Under the pieces are notes generated by a model. The model made no database searches. It worked only from the letters and a program-made list of their open reading frames with translations, and was not told the DNA's origin. DNA of 64,000 bases from the human T2T-CHM13v2.0 reference genome, Homo sapiens, in NCBI RefSeq assembly GCF_009914755.1, contig NC_060933.1; one strand, given 5' to 3'. Below are positions 42,164 to 61,401 of this stretch, piece after piece. The position numbers and the translations under genes were made by a program. Position 1 is the stretch's first letter. Every line of letters starts with the position of its first letter.

Positions 42164-42165
<2 letters not shown>

Positions 42166-42212
<47 letters not shown>
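42166..42212. repeat. (ATT)n microsatellite
   Basis: About 15 consecutive ATT units. Confidence 0.95.
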
Positions 42213-42307
42213 TTAATCACCATCTCCACCTTCTTAAGCACTCAAAAGTTGAAATCCAGTGGTGTGTTGCTGTTTCCATTCATAGCAAGTTATAGCCAAA
42301 ATCATAA

Positions 42308-42682
<375 letters not shown>

Positions 42683-42896
42683 CTTTCACCCATTGAAATC
42701 TCATTTCAACAATTACCATCTTTTTTGAGTGGTATTTTTGAAGTTATAAATGAATTCCCTATAATACATAGTGAGAATATTTATGGGAGCTTCCTAATTG
42801 ACTTTCTAAACATTCTGCATTGCTTCTCATTTCCTTCTTTAAATTTCCTTCTACCTTGACTTCCTTAAGACCACTCAATGTTGGCCCCATGCTTTC

Positions 42897-43217
<321 letters not shown>

Positions 43218-44019
43218 TAATAACTCCTTGCTGCCTGGTTTTTTCATGTCCACTGTGTAACTACTAGTCTTAATGGGTATTTCTTTTCTTACTATTCTGC
43301 ACCAATGTTTCCCTGATTGACAATAGTTTTCCTGAAATGTATTCTTGGAATGGAATTGTATGATACGCTTAGAAAATTCTGCATACCTTATACTTCAGAA
43401 TGTGTATGTAAAAGACTCCAGTAAATGATCCAGGGAAGCAAAAATATTTGTGTGTTTTGCGAGTTGTATTCATATGTGTATAAAATTCCCACAGCACTTT
43501 GGGTAACAATGCTCTGCACACTTTTCCTGTGCTCCTTTTATCCATTCCCACACTTCCAGCATTTCCTTTGATGTTTGATTTTCTTTATTTTTTTTTACTC
43601 CAATATTTTCCTGTAGGTTTCAAACCTATATTTTAAAATATCAACTGATTCTCTCCCTCTGTCTTCACCACCTGCATCTCAAATTTGACATAGCCATAAA
43701 CACATTTTATATTTTGGCAAATAAATCTATTTCTTTTAAAGCATTGCCCATCTCAGCTAATGATGATAATATCAAGCCAGTCGCCAAGAAAATTTAGAGT
43801 ATTTATACCTTGACTCTTCCTTCTAAATGAATTATTAAGTTCAGCTGTTTCTACCTTGAATTACCTTTCTATTCTGCCATTTCTCTTCTGTGTTGCTGCT
43901 AATGTTTTAATTTAGTTATTCATCACATCATGCCTGTACTGCTGGAATAATCTTGACTATTCTTTCTGACTTTTTCTTCTAACTGCATCTCAAAAACTTC
44001 TATCTAGAATGAAAATAAG

Positions 44020-44140
44020 TATATATATATACTATATATACTATATATACATATATGCATATACACTATATGTATGTATATAGTATAAGTATAGACATGC
44101 TATATACTATATATACTATATATTTATATACACACACACC
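44020..44140. repeat. Degenerate (TA)n / low-complexity tract
   Basis: 'atatatatatactatatatactatatatac...' ending in (CA)n. Confidence 0.85.
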
Positions 44141-46204
44141 CACTATGCTTTTAAAAATTGTTTACTTATGTCCCATCATTGAAGGGTAAAATACAAAATC
44201 ACTGATATTGAGAGACATTCTCCTCAATCATTTAACATTTTCCTTCACAAACCTGTGCTGTAGCCACACCCAGAACAGGTTATGTTCCTTCAAAGACACA
44301 CACACTTTTCTATCACTCTCCTTTTACTCCTTCTATTCCATCTGCTTAGACCATTTTTTACTTGTTTTCTGTCTATCTCCATTCATTTTTCAGGATCCAA
44401 TTAAAATATTGATACAAAGGCTGAGATCTTTATATCTTCTCTTATTTAAATTCCTGGAGCACCAGATAACTTCCTCTATTATAATTCTTACTGTATACAA
44501 CCATAACTCTCATTTGAAAACAATGAATACATAATTATAAAATCAGATATATCATAAAATGATTGGTATCAATATGTGAAAAAAAATCTTTAATGTTGAA
44601 AGTACAAGATTACAAGCCATCTGAAAGTAACTGAACATCAATCAGAGAAAAATGCTCATCATTTTTTGATGAAACCAAAAGTAAGAGAATTTGGTATTAA
44701 TCTACTATATCATTGGTAAATTACATATTAATTATTGTGAGAAAGAAATAATTGACGGAATTTAAAGAAAATCGGTTTTCCTTTATTTTTATTATTCTAC
44801 CTAAAAGTATTATATCTAATTAAAATCATGATTTTAAAATTATCCCATCAAGTATGTCATCACACTAAAATCCATTGTATTTAATTTCTCAACTGAGAAA
44901 TTGTATTCAATTGTATTCATTTTCCCTACTGAAAAATTAATATAAAAGCAATCACATAGCATTCAGAAATTAATAAATATTTAAAGAAATTAAACAGCAT
45001 TAGATTTTCTTGTTGTAAAATTTTTTTCTTCTCTCAGTATGGCTTATGTCTCTGCTTCTATTGAACATAGCACAATTCAAGTATTAATACAGCACCTTTA
45101 TAAAAGTTGTGAATCTCAGAAATGAACAAGCTTACCTCCCTAGTTATTTATTAAAAGTTACAAGTCACTTTTTTTTAACTTCCTAATAATCTTAGAGGGG
45201 TATATTTTGTGTTTTTGTTTGCTATATCTTTCATAAAGAAGATCCCTAATGATTTGAAAGTTAGAACCAATTTTCTGAAGGATTGAGCCACGCTCCTTGA
45301 AGTTGTGTGTTTGTGGGTGGCACACTATGTCTTTTGCAGACCCGGAACCTACCCCTTGGTCTAGAACATATTTTCCTCCACCTGCCTTTTAAGTTTTTAT
45401 TTCAGCAGGAGTGGGTGGTTTGTGGTTGACCGAAAATAGAACGGGCTACAAAAGCCCTTCCTGTTTGATATTGAATCTGCTATTTGAGTCACCCTTACAT
45501 TATGAACTGACTGTTAATTAACACATTTGGTAAGAGAATATCCTGATCTGCTTTGCATGTGAGGCTCTCCCAGTAATAAACAAAGAAGCATAATCAAACA
45601 AGATTTTAATTTCTCTATGCCCTGTTAGAAATTCAGATATAATTCAAGTCATCTTGGAAATTTTAAGTTGCATTCTGATGTCGTCTCTGTTCTGGCCATT
45701 GTGCAATGGGCCTTCAAATGTTGTAGTAGAGGCCAACTGATATTCCATTGTTATTCATTTATACACAGGTACATATATGGTGTGTGTACGCAAATATATA
45801 AATATTCATATATGTGTACATGTGTACATACATACATATGGAGGTAATACAAGTTTGCATTGTTTTTAAAATTTTTTTACCCAAATTAACAATGACTCTA
45901 TTGCATATCTTTATTGGTTATATCACATTTATATAAATAAATTTATATCAGTGACAATTTCCAAGTAAGTGAAATTTGAATTGGATTCAGGGTTTTATTT
46001 TTTTGAAATTTCTGATTAAAATTACTTGATTTTTTAAATTTTATCTTAAAATATTCAAGTCCCATTTGTAAAAAAAAAAAATAGAGGATTAAAATGAAGT
46101 GTGTCTTTATGAGTCACAAATTTTTATTTTACTTTACTAATTGTTAAAATAATATTTTTTCCATGAGGCATTTTATAATGCCCTCTTTATTTTTTTGGTG
46201 ATGT

Positions 46205-49377
<3,173 letters not shown>

Positions 49378-50276
49378 TGGATGTAGTTTTTAGCCAGGCA
49401 GTCAGAAGTATGCGTTGCCTGGACTTGGAATTAGTGCCTGAAGTGGGGCTGGTCTCATGGGATCGAGCCGTCAATCTGTGGGATTGGACACTATCTGCAG
49501 GTAGACAGTGTCAGGATTGAATTGAATAAGAGGACACCCAGTTGGTCTCTGTGAGAAATGTTTGGTGTGTAAGGAAAAGCCCCCACACAGCCAGCCACAG
49601 AAGTGTGCTATTGTTGAGTGTGAGAGTACAAGGGAAAAACAGTTTGCTTTTTTGCTTTACAGTGGGATATTTGATCCATAGGTCTATATCTAAGCACATG
49701 AATAGAATGTGTTTGGGCCTGGTTTTTTAGTCTTGCTGGTCAGTAACTAGTTTGACAAGAGAGACTAGCACAGTGATCCCAAAAGAACTAGGCCAAGAGC
49801 AGATAGGATTTGTGGAAACTTGAACCTCTTATTAGCTCCTTAAAAGACGTACTTTTCTAGACTTCTTTGGAGCCTGGGATTCTAGTACTGGTGAGTTTCC
49901 ACCGGCAGCAGACTCCCTGAAGATTTGCTAGCCCTCTGCAGGGTTGGCAGGCCACTACCACATTTAGTTGGCTCCTAGGGTATGTTCCACACCAGACTTC
50001 CCATTGTGGGAAGGCCAAGAGAACTGAAGAGACAGTCTCTACTCTGGAGGTGGGGAAGTGGGGGAGGTGGTAATTTAATTAACAGTAGGTGGTGGGTGAG
50101 GCGACTTGGTAAGGTAAGAGGACACACAAAGGAAGTAACTGCAGTAAACCTTAGCTGGCAGCACAAGTGAGGAGGTGTGCTTGAAAGAGAAATGGAGTGT
50201 CTGGAAGTGGGTGAGTATATTCTGGTAGGTGTGACAAAGGCACTGTTCCTCCAACACCAGTCCTGGGAAAGGCATA

Positions 50277-50645
50277 TGATATGGTTTGGTGCTGTGTCCC
50301 CAGCCAAATCTCATGATGAATTATGAGCTTCAGTGTTGGAGGAGGGGCCTGGTGGGAGGTGACTGGATCATGGGGGTGAATTTCCCCCTTGTTGTTCTCG
50401 TGCTAGTGAGTTCTGAGATCTGGTTGTTTAAAAGTGTGTGGCACTGCCCCTTCACTCTCTCTCCTGCCGCCATGTGACTATGTACTTGCTTCCCCTTTGC
50501 CTTCCCCATGATTGTAAGTTTCCTGAGGCCTCCCCAGCCATGCCTCTTGTATAGCCTGCAAAACTGAGTCAATTAAACCTTGTTTCTTTATAAACTATCC
50601 ACTCTCAAGTAGTTCTTTACAGGAGTGTGAGAACAGACTAATACA
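50277..50645 (+). mobile_element. MaLR solo LTR (MSTA-like)
   Basis: 'tgatatggtttgg...aaatctcatg...ggaggtgactggatcatggggg...gagtcaattaaacct...gaacagactaataca'. Confidence 0.9.
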
Positions 50646-51170
50646 ACATGGGATCCCAAGTAACTATGCATTCAGAGAAGAAACACAGGTATGTTTGGGA
50701 ACTGGATGATGGAAGGTACAGGGAAGCACTGTAGGTAACTTTCATGGGTCCTACACTCTACAACATATTCTTGGGGTTGGAATGAGTCAAACAGGAGACT
50801 GATGTCCAGGATGGAATTGGCTGTTTATGTTCCCAGGTGTAGGTCTCTTCCTTAACAGATCACGGTAGCTTCATTACAAATGGCCTGGGAAGCGTACATA
50901 ATGCAGAAACCCCAGCAAATTCTTACAGGGGTTAGTCATGCAGTTATACATTTTCATTCTGGGATTTCTAGGGGCTTAATAAAATTCCTTCATTGGATCA
51001 TTTAATCCAACATAAATTATTTCCCTACACCTACTTTATACTTGCTCCCTGATTTCATACCAGTGAGTATAGCCTGATGTAACTAAACATTCTGAATTTT
51101 CAGTGATACCCAGAGAAGAGTGTGATAACCAATTCTCTCAAAAGCGATTTACTGCAAATATTTTCATTTA

Positions 51171-51371
51171 CAGTAAGTCCTTACTTAACATTGTGGATAT
51201 GTTCTTGGAAACAGTGACTTTAAGCCAAACGAGGTACTGTGTGGCTTCATAACTCAACTCTTTTTCCTATCAATTAGACTATGGGAAAACTGGTTTCGTA
51301 TGCATTATGTCCTTTTGCTTAAAGTGGTAGTTTCCAAGAACCTATCAATGACATTAAGTGAGGACTTATTG
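51171..51371. mobile_element. TcMar-Tigger MITE (MER82-like) with long TIRs
   Basis: Left 'cagtaagtccttacttaacattgtggatatgttcttggaaac' pairs with right 'gtttccaagaacctatcaatgacattaagtgaggacttattg'. TA dinucleotides flank both ends. Confidence 0.8.
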
Positions 51372-51439
51372 TAATCTGATATCTGCGGGTGGATAATTTA
51401 AGGAACACATACATAGTTAAGCCTGTAAACTGCTGCAAG

Positions 51440-51668
51440 TTCCAGATATTATCAGTTCTATTTCTCCACAATTACAATTCCAGTTTTGGGGTTTCTTTTT
51501 GCTCATTAAATTTGAAAAGCCAATTCCAGTTTTAAAGCTTGACCCTTTTCTTATAACTTTTTTTATAACTGATAATATATCAGTTATATCAGTTATATTT
51601 CTTAGGCTTCCCACGAAACCCTCAAACTGACTCTGAGGGTGGCCTTGCTATCTAATTTACAAAACCGG
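51440..51668. repeat. Copy 1 of a ~200-bp dispersed direct repeat
   Basis: Matches 54402-54600. Confidence 0.9.
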
Positions 51669-53809
51669 TTATCTTGGTTTGTGTTCATTTTATTTCCCTT
51701 GCATACATTGCTTAGCTGCTTCTGATTATATGCCTCTTAGCCACGGCTGGATAGAAAAGTGTAATAAGAGAAAAGTGTAACTAAGAGACACAGAAGAAAG
51801 AGAAATTCCATGAGCACCAGATACTTTTATGGGTGCCTTTTGGAAGCTCTAAATTGAGATGTATCTTTGTTGTCAATTTATGCTATGAATCCAAACGAAA
51901 AATGGGGGGAGAAAAACAAATAGGCTGTAGATGAAAGTGGAAGAAGAAAAATGAGTCTATATATATATATATATATATTAGCAGTTGTATGAAAGTATAT
52001 GAGTCAATATTCCATCAATACCTAGAAAAATAGTAGATCAATATGCTGATTTTAGGGGTGGACACAAAAGTGTTATAAGTGTCTTTTAACTTTTCTTTTT
52101 TCCCTCCTTGACTCTGAAGAGAAACACCATTTTTTCTACGTATGCAAAGAGTAAAAATTCAGAACTAACATGCAGGGATTAATAGCAGTGAATTGCAAAC
52201 TCAACTCAGTGGTATAGTACCTGGCAACATTATTACTCAGCATATTTCCCTGGCTGAGGCTGACTTCATTTAAAGTAGTTTTATACTTGTGCTAAAAATA
52301 AGTGTACATCCCATTAAGGGAGAAAAGATCTTCTACACAATGGATTGGACCTACATAACCTTATGTACCAGAGAGGAAAACATCATTCTCATGAGTCGCA
52401 AAGCTTTCTTCTTCTTGTCAATATGATAAACAGTTTCCGGAAGTTGAGAATGACGCTGGTTACTTTCCTTCCTCCTGAACATGCCACACTGAAGAGACAG
52501 GGATGACTCCTTCCCTATGGGACAGACACACATGTAGCTTTCCCTGGGTTGTGGAGGAAGGCATGGCCACAACACCATTGGCAGTCTGCTGCAGGGACCT
52601 CACGATGAGAGGAAGCAATGGATGCCTGGGCCAGGGAAATGCATATTTGGGAGAAAGCAGGAAATTCTGATGTAGAGATAGGGAAGAACCCTGGGGAAAA
52701 GGACCCAAGCTGGACGGGGAGGAGGAAACCACCAGGATCCCAGGATCAGAGACAAAGGACCCAGGGACACAAACAAAGTGAGGCCAGATGGAGAGGGCAG
52801 GCTCACGGGGAGAGCAAGCTCACAGGGAGAGCATGAGCCAAACCTGGCTTATTTCACACTCATCAGAGAGACTGCACAGATGGGGCCAAACCAGGGCCCA
52901 GGAGCATCGGAGAGAGGAGGGCCATTTCAAAGACTTTTGTAAAATAAGCTCAAAGTTTCTTTGTTTATTTGTGGGTGTGGGAGTGGAAACGTAGGGAAAG
53001 TGAAGAAAGTGGGGGAAAAGGGATGGGTGATTTTGTAGGCAAGATGCTCCCTGAGGAGGTCCTGGTGGACCTGCTGTGGGGAGTGGCATTCTGCACACTC
53101 TCATATCATGGGGAGCGCATGACTACATTACTGCTTACACATCTCCAAGTGCAGCTTGGGGGGTGAATGTTTAATTGTCTCACTGTAACTGTCTAAATCT
53201 CTGGAAAATGTGAAGGGTCATGCATTTGATTTAAACCTATGAGGTCTGAATGAATTCTCCTCCATGCCTAACCGAGTGAAGCAAGTATATAACCAACCAT
53301 GCATCCCTAAGCAGGGCCGGTATGAAAGGGAGGAAACGCCTCCCCACTGAGCTCGCAAAGAACTTCATCACTGACCTGAATCAGATCCAGCAGGAAATGA
53401 AACAATGAGTACATACTTTTACAGTAGAGGGAGGGGGACGGAAAACAAAGTGAGCTGAACTGAAACGTGAGAAAGAACAGAATGGCAGTGAGTCCACGGG
53501 GCAGGGCCGCAGCTTTCTTTTTTCATGGCCCTCAGTCCAGTAACCCCACCCGGCATTCGTAGCGGGTGACATCATTGATGCCCAAACATACTCCAGCAAT
53601 TTCCTGCTTTCCAGAGTCCAGCCGAGCCATGATGTCAGTGGTGCACCTGGGTAAAGATATGGCAGGGCCGGGTCACAGGGAGTGGGGACAAAGGCCAACC
53701 CAGTTAAATAAACTGCTGGTCTTCTAGGGCCTGGTCCCTAGGCAGGCTTCCACCATGAGATAGGTATAGCCCAGGCCAATCCCAACAAGAGGAAAAAAAG
53801 CATGTACTT

Positions 53810-54305
<496 letters not shown>

Positions 54306-54401
54306 CTACAGTGCCAGGAGCCACCCTGCCCCCAGAGATGCCCTACAATCAATGACTACCATCTAAATGCTTCTGGATAGTTTCATTCCTTGTAGATGAT
54401 A

Positions 54402-54600
54402 TTCCAAATATTATAATTTGTACTTCTCCACAATTACAATTCCAGTTTTGGGGTTTCTTTTTACTCATTAAATTTGAAAAGCCAATTCCAGTTTTAAAGC
54501 TTGACCCTTTTCTTAAAAGTTTAACTTCTCTTTTTATTCAGGCTTCCCACTAAACCCTCAAACTGACTCTGAGGGTGGCCTGACTAATTTACAAAACCGG
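54402..54600. repeat. Copy 2 of the ~200-bp dispersed direct repeat
   Basis: Matches 51440-51668. Confidence 0.9.
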
Positions 54601-54878
54601 CCAGGCTGCCTAACCCCTAGATTCCAGCCCAGAGTGTTGCCATAAATTGCTGTCAAGACATGCCTCTATGTCCCATGTTTGCCAGTGAGAAAAGGGTTCA
54701 TATTCTAAGTTCTTCAAGTCTCTCTCACTGCCTCAATGTGAAGTCAATGGAAAACAGTCAAATACACCAAAAATTAACTTCAAATGGATATCTGCTATGA
54801 ATTCCAACTTGGTTGGACACCTCTCCAGGCCAACTGTTGTGAAAATGCATTGTTGTTTTAAAAAACACTGTGAGAGAT

Positions 54879-55177
<299 letters not shown>

Positions 55178-57679
55178 TCAATCACCCCCTCTCCAATGCC
55201 CAACACAGTAAGCAAGAAGGGCCCAGGAAAAAATTAACAGGGAAAAACAATCTTGCATTTGCTTAGTGGAATCTGGGGTTTGCACACATTAGTCAGAGCT
55301 AGACAAATCATACTGAATACACTTCTTATAGAAACATTCTAGCTCTTATGGCCTTTCCTTGCTGTCCCAACTTTTGAGGTGCGAAAACACAGCAACACAG
55401 CCAGGACCGGCCAGGTGATGGCACGGAGCCCGCTCCCACAGGCTGCGTGTGTGTTCTCACTCTCTTGCAACTGGCCTGAGTTAAGCCTTCTCCCCAAGCA
55501 CTTGCAGTTTATCATCGCCCTATTTACTGTATTTTCATGTTATAAAAGTGATATACACCCAACGTAGTAATTTGATCTATACAAAAAAGAGAAGAAAAAA
55601 AGCTACTCATAATATCACTGTCTAATTTAAGGTTTTGGTGTAGTCTTTCTAGTCTTTTTCTATATGGAATGTAATTTACTTCTCAAAAATATCATTTCAT
55701 ATACTTTGCTTACATATTAGCATTTTTGTCATGAAATTTATGCCAACTGATTAAACAGCCCTTGTAAATTACAGAAACTTAAAGACAATATCAAAACAAT
55801 GTGACCACAAGACAAAGACCACCTACTACTAAATTATTTTTGGCATGAGATTATTTTTTGAGAAGTTTTATAAACTATTAGGTTTATTGAACACTATAAA
55901 CTGTAATCCTTGAAAGAATTTTGGAAGCATACGATAACAGGGTAATTTGTAGTAGAATATAGGGTTGGAAAACCTTAAAAAACACTTGCTCATTTCTTCC
56001 TATATCAAAGATTTGTATTAGAAAATCTATTTCTTACAAAAAGATGTACTAAGTGGTATTATGTCAGTCAAGCATCTTGTATTATTTTCTAGCTTTCAAT
56101 AATATGTATAATGTCATAAAAAAGAGGGAAGAATACACAAAATACATATGAAGCTTACTAGGAATGAAGAAAGTTATTTTAGGAAGGAAAAATTGGTTAC
56201 CATCAAGGAATATGGAAAACACTAGCAATGCATGTAAGAATGACCTCAAAGGTCTTAGACGTCCACGAGCTGGGAATGCTTGTGCTGGGTGCTTCAGTTA
56301 CAACAGCATGGGGAAGTTAAATAGACTAGTGAAGCTGTTACATCAGTTAATAGTATTTATTATTATTTGTGGTCACCAATGCCAATTAAGACAATAATTA
56401 AATAGAACATGATGAAATAATTCAATGGTAGGAAAAAAAATCTGGCCTACAAGTGAACATGGAAAGTAAAAGTAAATATTTAGAAAGTGAAATCAGGAGC
56501 GGAAAAAAGCTCCAGCATCTCACCATGGGGTCTTCCAAAGCCAGCAGTACTGGAGATGTTTATTGTTCAAAGATGGACTTGCTTGGGTTGGGATTCTGCA
56601 ACTAGAGCCAGAGGGGAGATTCTCTGCTTCCCTTGAGGACACAACAAGAGAGGCTTTCTTATAAAGCCTGCCACATTCTGTGCCTGTATTGTTTTATTTA
56701 CTGGAGTCTATCATAAGGCCTGTGAGGAAAGGACTGAATCTCTTTCTCATAGCCGTTGGGCTGATGGCCCTGCGTGCTGTAGGCATTTAATAATTCACTG
56801 AGTAAATGAATGAACCCTGCAGGAGATTGGGAGCCTTTCTGATCTTGAGGTCTCAGTTTGGACTATCTTTCTGGAGTGGATAGACGAATATGTTTTTCAG
56901 CAGCACTCTAATAAGCGCACATTGGGTGACTAAGCAGAAGAGTGATTCGTTTTGCTAGAATTTTCCAACCTGCAGGAGCCAGTCCCCCTGGTGTCCCCAT
57001 TCCCTGTCCCCTCAGTCATCTCAGCAGGAAATTACTATCCTTTCTCCCACATGGGTGATGAATGTTCAAGGCATTTCAGCACACTGTGGTAAGGCCCAGA
57101 ATGGGTTCAAGTAAAAGTAAATACCAGTCCTTATTAGGAGATCCTGGCCCCTCTGCTGCATGTGTCCCAGTACACATGCAGCTTCCTGCTCTGTCATAGA
57201 AAGCAGCCCTCTAGGGCCACTGCCTCCAGTGAGAGTTTCCTGACCTCCAGGAACTTCTGTAGTCAGGCACCACTCCCTTCCCTCACACCCAACACCCTAT
57301 TGTTCCAGATTTTATCACTGTGCACTGATGCTCACTGCGACCCCACATGTGGCCACAGGAGGAACTCGGCTGAGGGCTGAGAAGACCAGATAATGACACA
57401 GAGGGCTCACTTCAGGAAACCCAGAGAGCTGCAGCGGCTCCTCCAGGGCCATTCCACGCATTCATTTTCTAACAAGTCATAAGTCAAAGAGTGACATCAG
57501 GAGCGGACAGCCTGGTGTCCAGGCATGAGCCATGGCAACAGATTCTGATTTCCCAGAACGGCTTTGGTCTTTACCTGGTGTTGGATATGGTAGTGTTAGC
57601 TGGAGTGGGAGGAGATTCACATTGTATATTTGTTTAGTGACTCCAAAGATTTTAAATTATATTGTGTTTTTTATTATTT

Positions 57680-57973
57680 TATTCCATTTTTTTAGAGACA
57701 GAGGTCTCACTCTATCTCCCAGGCTGGAGTGCAATGATATGATCATAGGTCAGTGTAGCCTCAAACTCCTGGGCTCAAGTAATCCTCCCATTTCAGCCTC
57801 CTGAGTAGCTGGGACTCCAGGTGTGTACCATGACTCCTGGCTAATTTTGGTTTAAGTAGAGATACAGTCTGGCTATGTTGCCCAGGCTGGTCTTGAACTC
57901 CTGGCCTGAAGCAATCCTTCTACCTTGGCTTCCAAAAGTGCTTGGATTGTAAGTGTGAACCACTGTGTGGGCC
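57680..57973 (-). mobile_element. AluJ element
   Basis: 'gtagcctcaaactcctgggctcaagtaatcctccc' and 'ctatgttgcccaggctggtcttgaactcctggcctgaagcaatcc' are J-type features. Confidence 0.9.
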
Positions 57974-58432
57974 CTGGTTTTTGTTTAATGGCTATTAAAT
58001 GCTCAGAAGTGAATTAAGGTTGCAGTTAAATGCACAATTTTTATATCAAACTATTTTCTTTGCTAATTCACTTCTATCTGCGTCTACCAGCTGTAAACTA
58101 CCTGAAGCAGAGAAAGTTTCTTTAGGTTGGGGCTTCCTGTAGCCCCGAGCTGAGTGCCTTATGCAGCATTGGCCGAGTGCATGAATTTGTTGGGTGAACT
58201 GCTGCGGGGTTTAGAGTCCGCAGAGGGTAGGACAGGACAGATCGTGATCGAGGCTAACCTTCTCATCTACTCTACCATTTCATGCTCTGTTTGGGCACCT
58301 CCATCACCCCTCACTTCCCCTGATGGTCCAGTCTCTCTGGGCCTGCACTGTCCAGCCACCCTCTTATCCCTAAGCCAAGGCCTTTGCCAACTAAAGCTCA
58401 GGAGTAAAGTGGCCATCACTGAGGCCATTCTA

Positions 58433-58749
<317 letters not shown>

Positions 58750-58817
58750 CTAAGGAATATACAGCAAGCTCTTCACTACCCATTTTTGTTAACTGAGGTA
58801 TAACTAAATGATACACA

Positions 58818-58917
58818 GGCCCAGCACAGTGGCACGAACCTATAGTCACAGCAACTTGGGAAGCTGAGGTGGGAGGATTGCTTGAGATCAGGAGTTTGAG
58901 TCCAGCCTGGGCAACAC
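58818..58917 (+). mobile_element. FLAM-like Alu monomer within a degenerate L1ME 3' fragment (~58780-59060)
   Basis: 'ggcccagcacagtggcac...gctgaggtgggaggattgcttgag...cagcctgggcaaca'. Confidence 0.75.
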
Positions 58918-59229
58918 ACGTGTATAGGTCTATGAGTCTGGAAGAATGTATATAGCCATGGAATCACTACCATGTCAAAACATAGGATATTTCCATTATC
59001 CCAAAAAGTTCCCTCCTGCCCCTCTGCAGTCAAACACTTCCCTCCCCCAGCTCCTGGCAACTGCTGATCTGAACTGTAGACCTGAAAATGTCATTCAGAA
59101 CCCATTTCATCTGGACCCTTCTCTCTGTGTCAACATTGCTGTGAGCGGTGTCTGTGGGATTTTTCTGGACGTTCTCTGCCATGCCCCTGCTCCTTCCTTC
59201 CTGCCTTCTGGAAGGCACCCCTGCCAGGA

Positions 59230-60330
59230 GTCGGCTGCATTAAAGTGGGTGTTTCAGGGGTGTCTTCCTTTACTCTCTTCTCACTGATTTCCAGCTATCC
59301 CTGTGTCTCTTGTTTAATGAGTGCCTTCACCCATATCCTTAAACCCACCAGGGCGACCTTCCTGCCCCTTTCTTTGGAGAGCTGTATCTGTATTTCCAGT
59401 GGAGACACAGACTGTTCCTTAGATCCTATTAACCCTCTGAGCTCTCTCTCTTCAAGCCAGGCTCATTTCTGGCTTGGCCAATCTGCCTCCTCCCATGTCC
59501 TTTCCATGACACGGTGATGGCATCACCAGCCAGTCACCAAGCTAGAACAGTCCCTTCACCCGGCCCCTACTGTAGGAGGATACTTTTAGAGTATGTCTGC
59601 AATTCACCCCCCACTCTCTGTATCTACTTCTGTGGCCAAAGTGCGGACCTTGATTTCCTCTGGCCCCAGCTGAATTAACCCACCTCTCTGGACCTGGTTC
59701 TCTTTTCACTAAACATTCTCCACATTGCTGCCAGAGCTATTTTTCTAAAATACACATCAGACCACATTCTTCTCCTCCTTCTTTAAAAACAAAAAATCAA
59801 AAAAATAAAAAACCAAGAAACAAACAAAAAACCCACCCTACCGTGGCTCCTCAGTGTGTAGAGATCAGATTCAAGTTCCGTGAGATGGTCTTCAAGATCC
59901 TTGGCCATGTGACCCCGTCCTGCTATCCCAATCCCATTCCCATTCCCATCCCCAGCCTCCCCACCTCATCCAACTCCAGCCACATTGGATCACCCCAGGA
60001 GAGGATGTCATGTATTAGTACTCTGGTGCCTTTGAGTCAAAACTCACTGTTTTGCCAGTTCAGAGGTTGAGCCCTTTTTGAAGAATCCCCTCTTCTTCCA
60101 CAGCCCAGGTAAGTTCTACCCCAGGCATAATGAGCTGTTATCCCCCTGGGATCTGAGGGTATTCAGAATACCAACACAATGCTCTCCAGATACCTCTATG
60201 CTATTCAAATCCATGCATCTCACACCTGCTCATCTTAAAATCTCTGTGCCTCACATGCAGGAAGAATTCAAATGATGCTGATTGAAAAAACATTGTGTCC
60301 AATATTAGATGAAGCATGTAAATATCAAGG
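59230..60330. mobile_element. Degenerate L2 fragments
   Basis: L2-like motifs 'ttctccacattgctgccagagctatttttctaaaatacacatcagaccac' and 'cttcaagatccttggccatgtgacccc'. Confidence 0.5.
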
Positions 60331-61248
60331 CAAGAATCTGCACTTTTTGTCTGTCTATTGCTTGTTTGCACAATAGAGCCACATGGTTTATTATAAAAAA
60401 TTATTATAATGTATGCTGTTTAAGCTCAGATCACTTTGCACTAATGATGATGATAATGATGGGTTAGAATTTTTTTTCTTTTCTTGCCATGGGATCTGCC
60501 AGGTTTTAAGAATTCTTTTTTATTCTAAACCAAATTCAGGAGCACTCCCAAAGACAAGAAATCAAATTTAGGCCACTGATGGTACCAACGGAAGGCTATC
60601 ACTGTGTAGCTATACCAAATGAAGCCAATCTTCATGGATTTTAAGCACTTTGATAAGCTTTTATATCTCTGCTCATCTCCTTTACCTCCATAGATAACAC
60701 AAAATAACAGAATAATCAACCAATAGCAACGTAATCCCATCACAACATCAAAAATGAGAATTCATATGATTCAGTAATTTCCTAAGCCAGAACTTCCCAC
60801 CTGATGTGCTGGGGAAGTGAGAGGGTGAGGACTGCTTTCCCCAGCCCTTAGGGTGACTGGGCAGATCCTGTCTGGTGTGAGCATTCAACCCTACTGATTA
60901 CATCATTTTGGGTGCTATGTGTGACAAAGGTTGACAACCACTGTCCTAAGCCATTCTACCATTTAAATAGACTGAATTCTCCCAAGTTATGTTCTTACTT
61001 GCCTTAGGAAGGAAATTAGTATTATGACTCTAAGGATCCTGAACACATGATCTAAAAAAAGAAAAACCCAAAGCACAATGGCAAAGGTAGGTGAGACAGA
61101 GTGTTTAGAAAAATAGCGAATACTGTACTATTAATTACTCCCAATTCTCCCTAATCCATGATTTTTAAAGAGCGGGTGGAGCATAACGATTTGAGGCACT
61201 GCGACAATGCAGAATGGGGAGGGATTTTGGAAAATGTGACTCACTCAC

Positions 61249-61401
61249 CGTTCCGACCAAAGGGTAAATGAACCCAGCACCTATGCTGGCCCGGACATCA
61301 CTGATAGGTAAGATGAAGTCCCTTGGCACACCTTTTTTGTCAGGTTGGTGAGACAGAGAAAGATCGGTCTTTGCCATGCAGATGGGCAAATTTCCAAAAC
61401 C
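61249..61401 (-). pseudogene. MTHFD1L: MTHFD1L-like pseudogene exon (153 bp; formyltetrahydrofolate synthetase C-terminal region; about exon 26 of the parent gene)
   Basis: 'ttcttacag|GGT...ACG|gtgagt' encodes [51 protein letters not shown], with canonical AG/GT and phase 0. Confidence 0.9.

Noticed and set aside
53330-53720. Moderately GC-rich stretch with a 105-aa minus-strand ORF as a further MTHFD1L exon
   Set aside because: The peptide shows no similarity to the expected MTHFD1L C-terminus.
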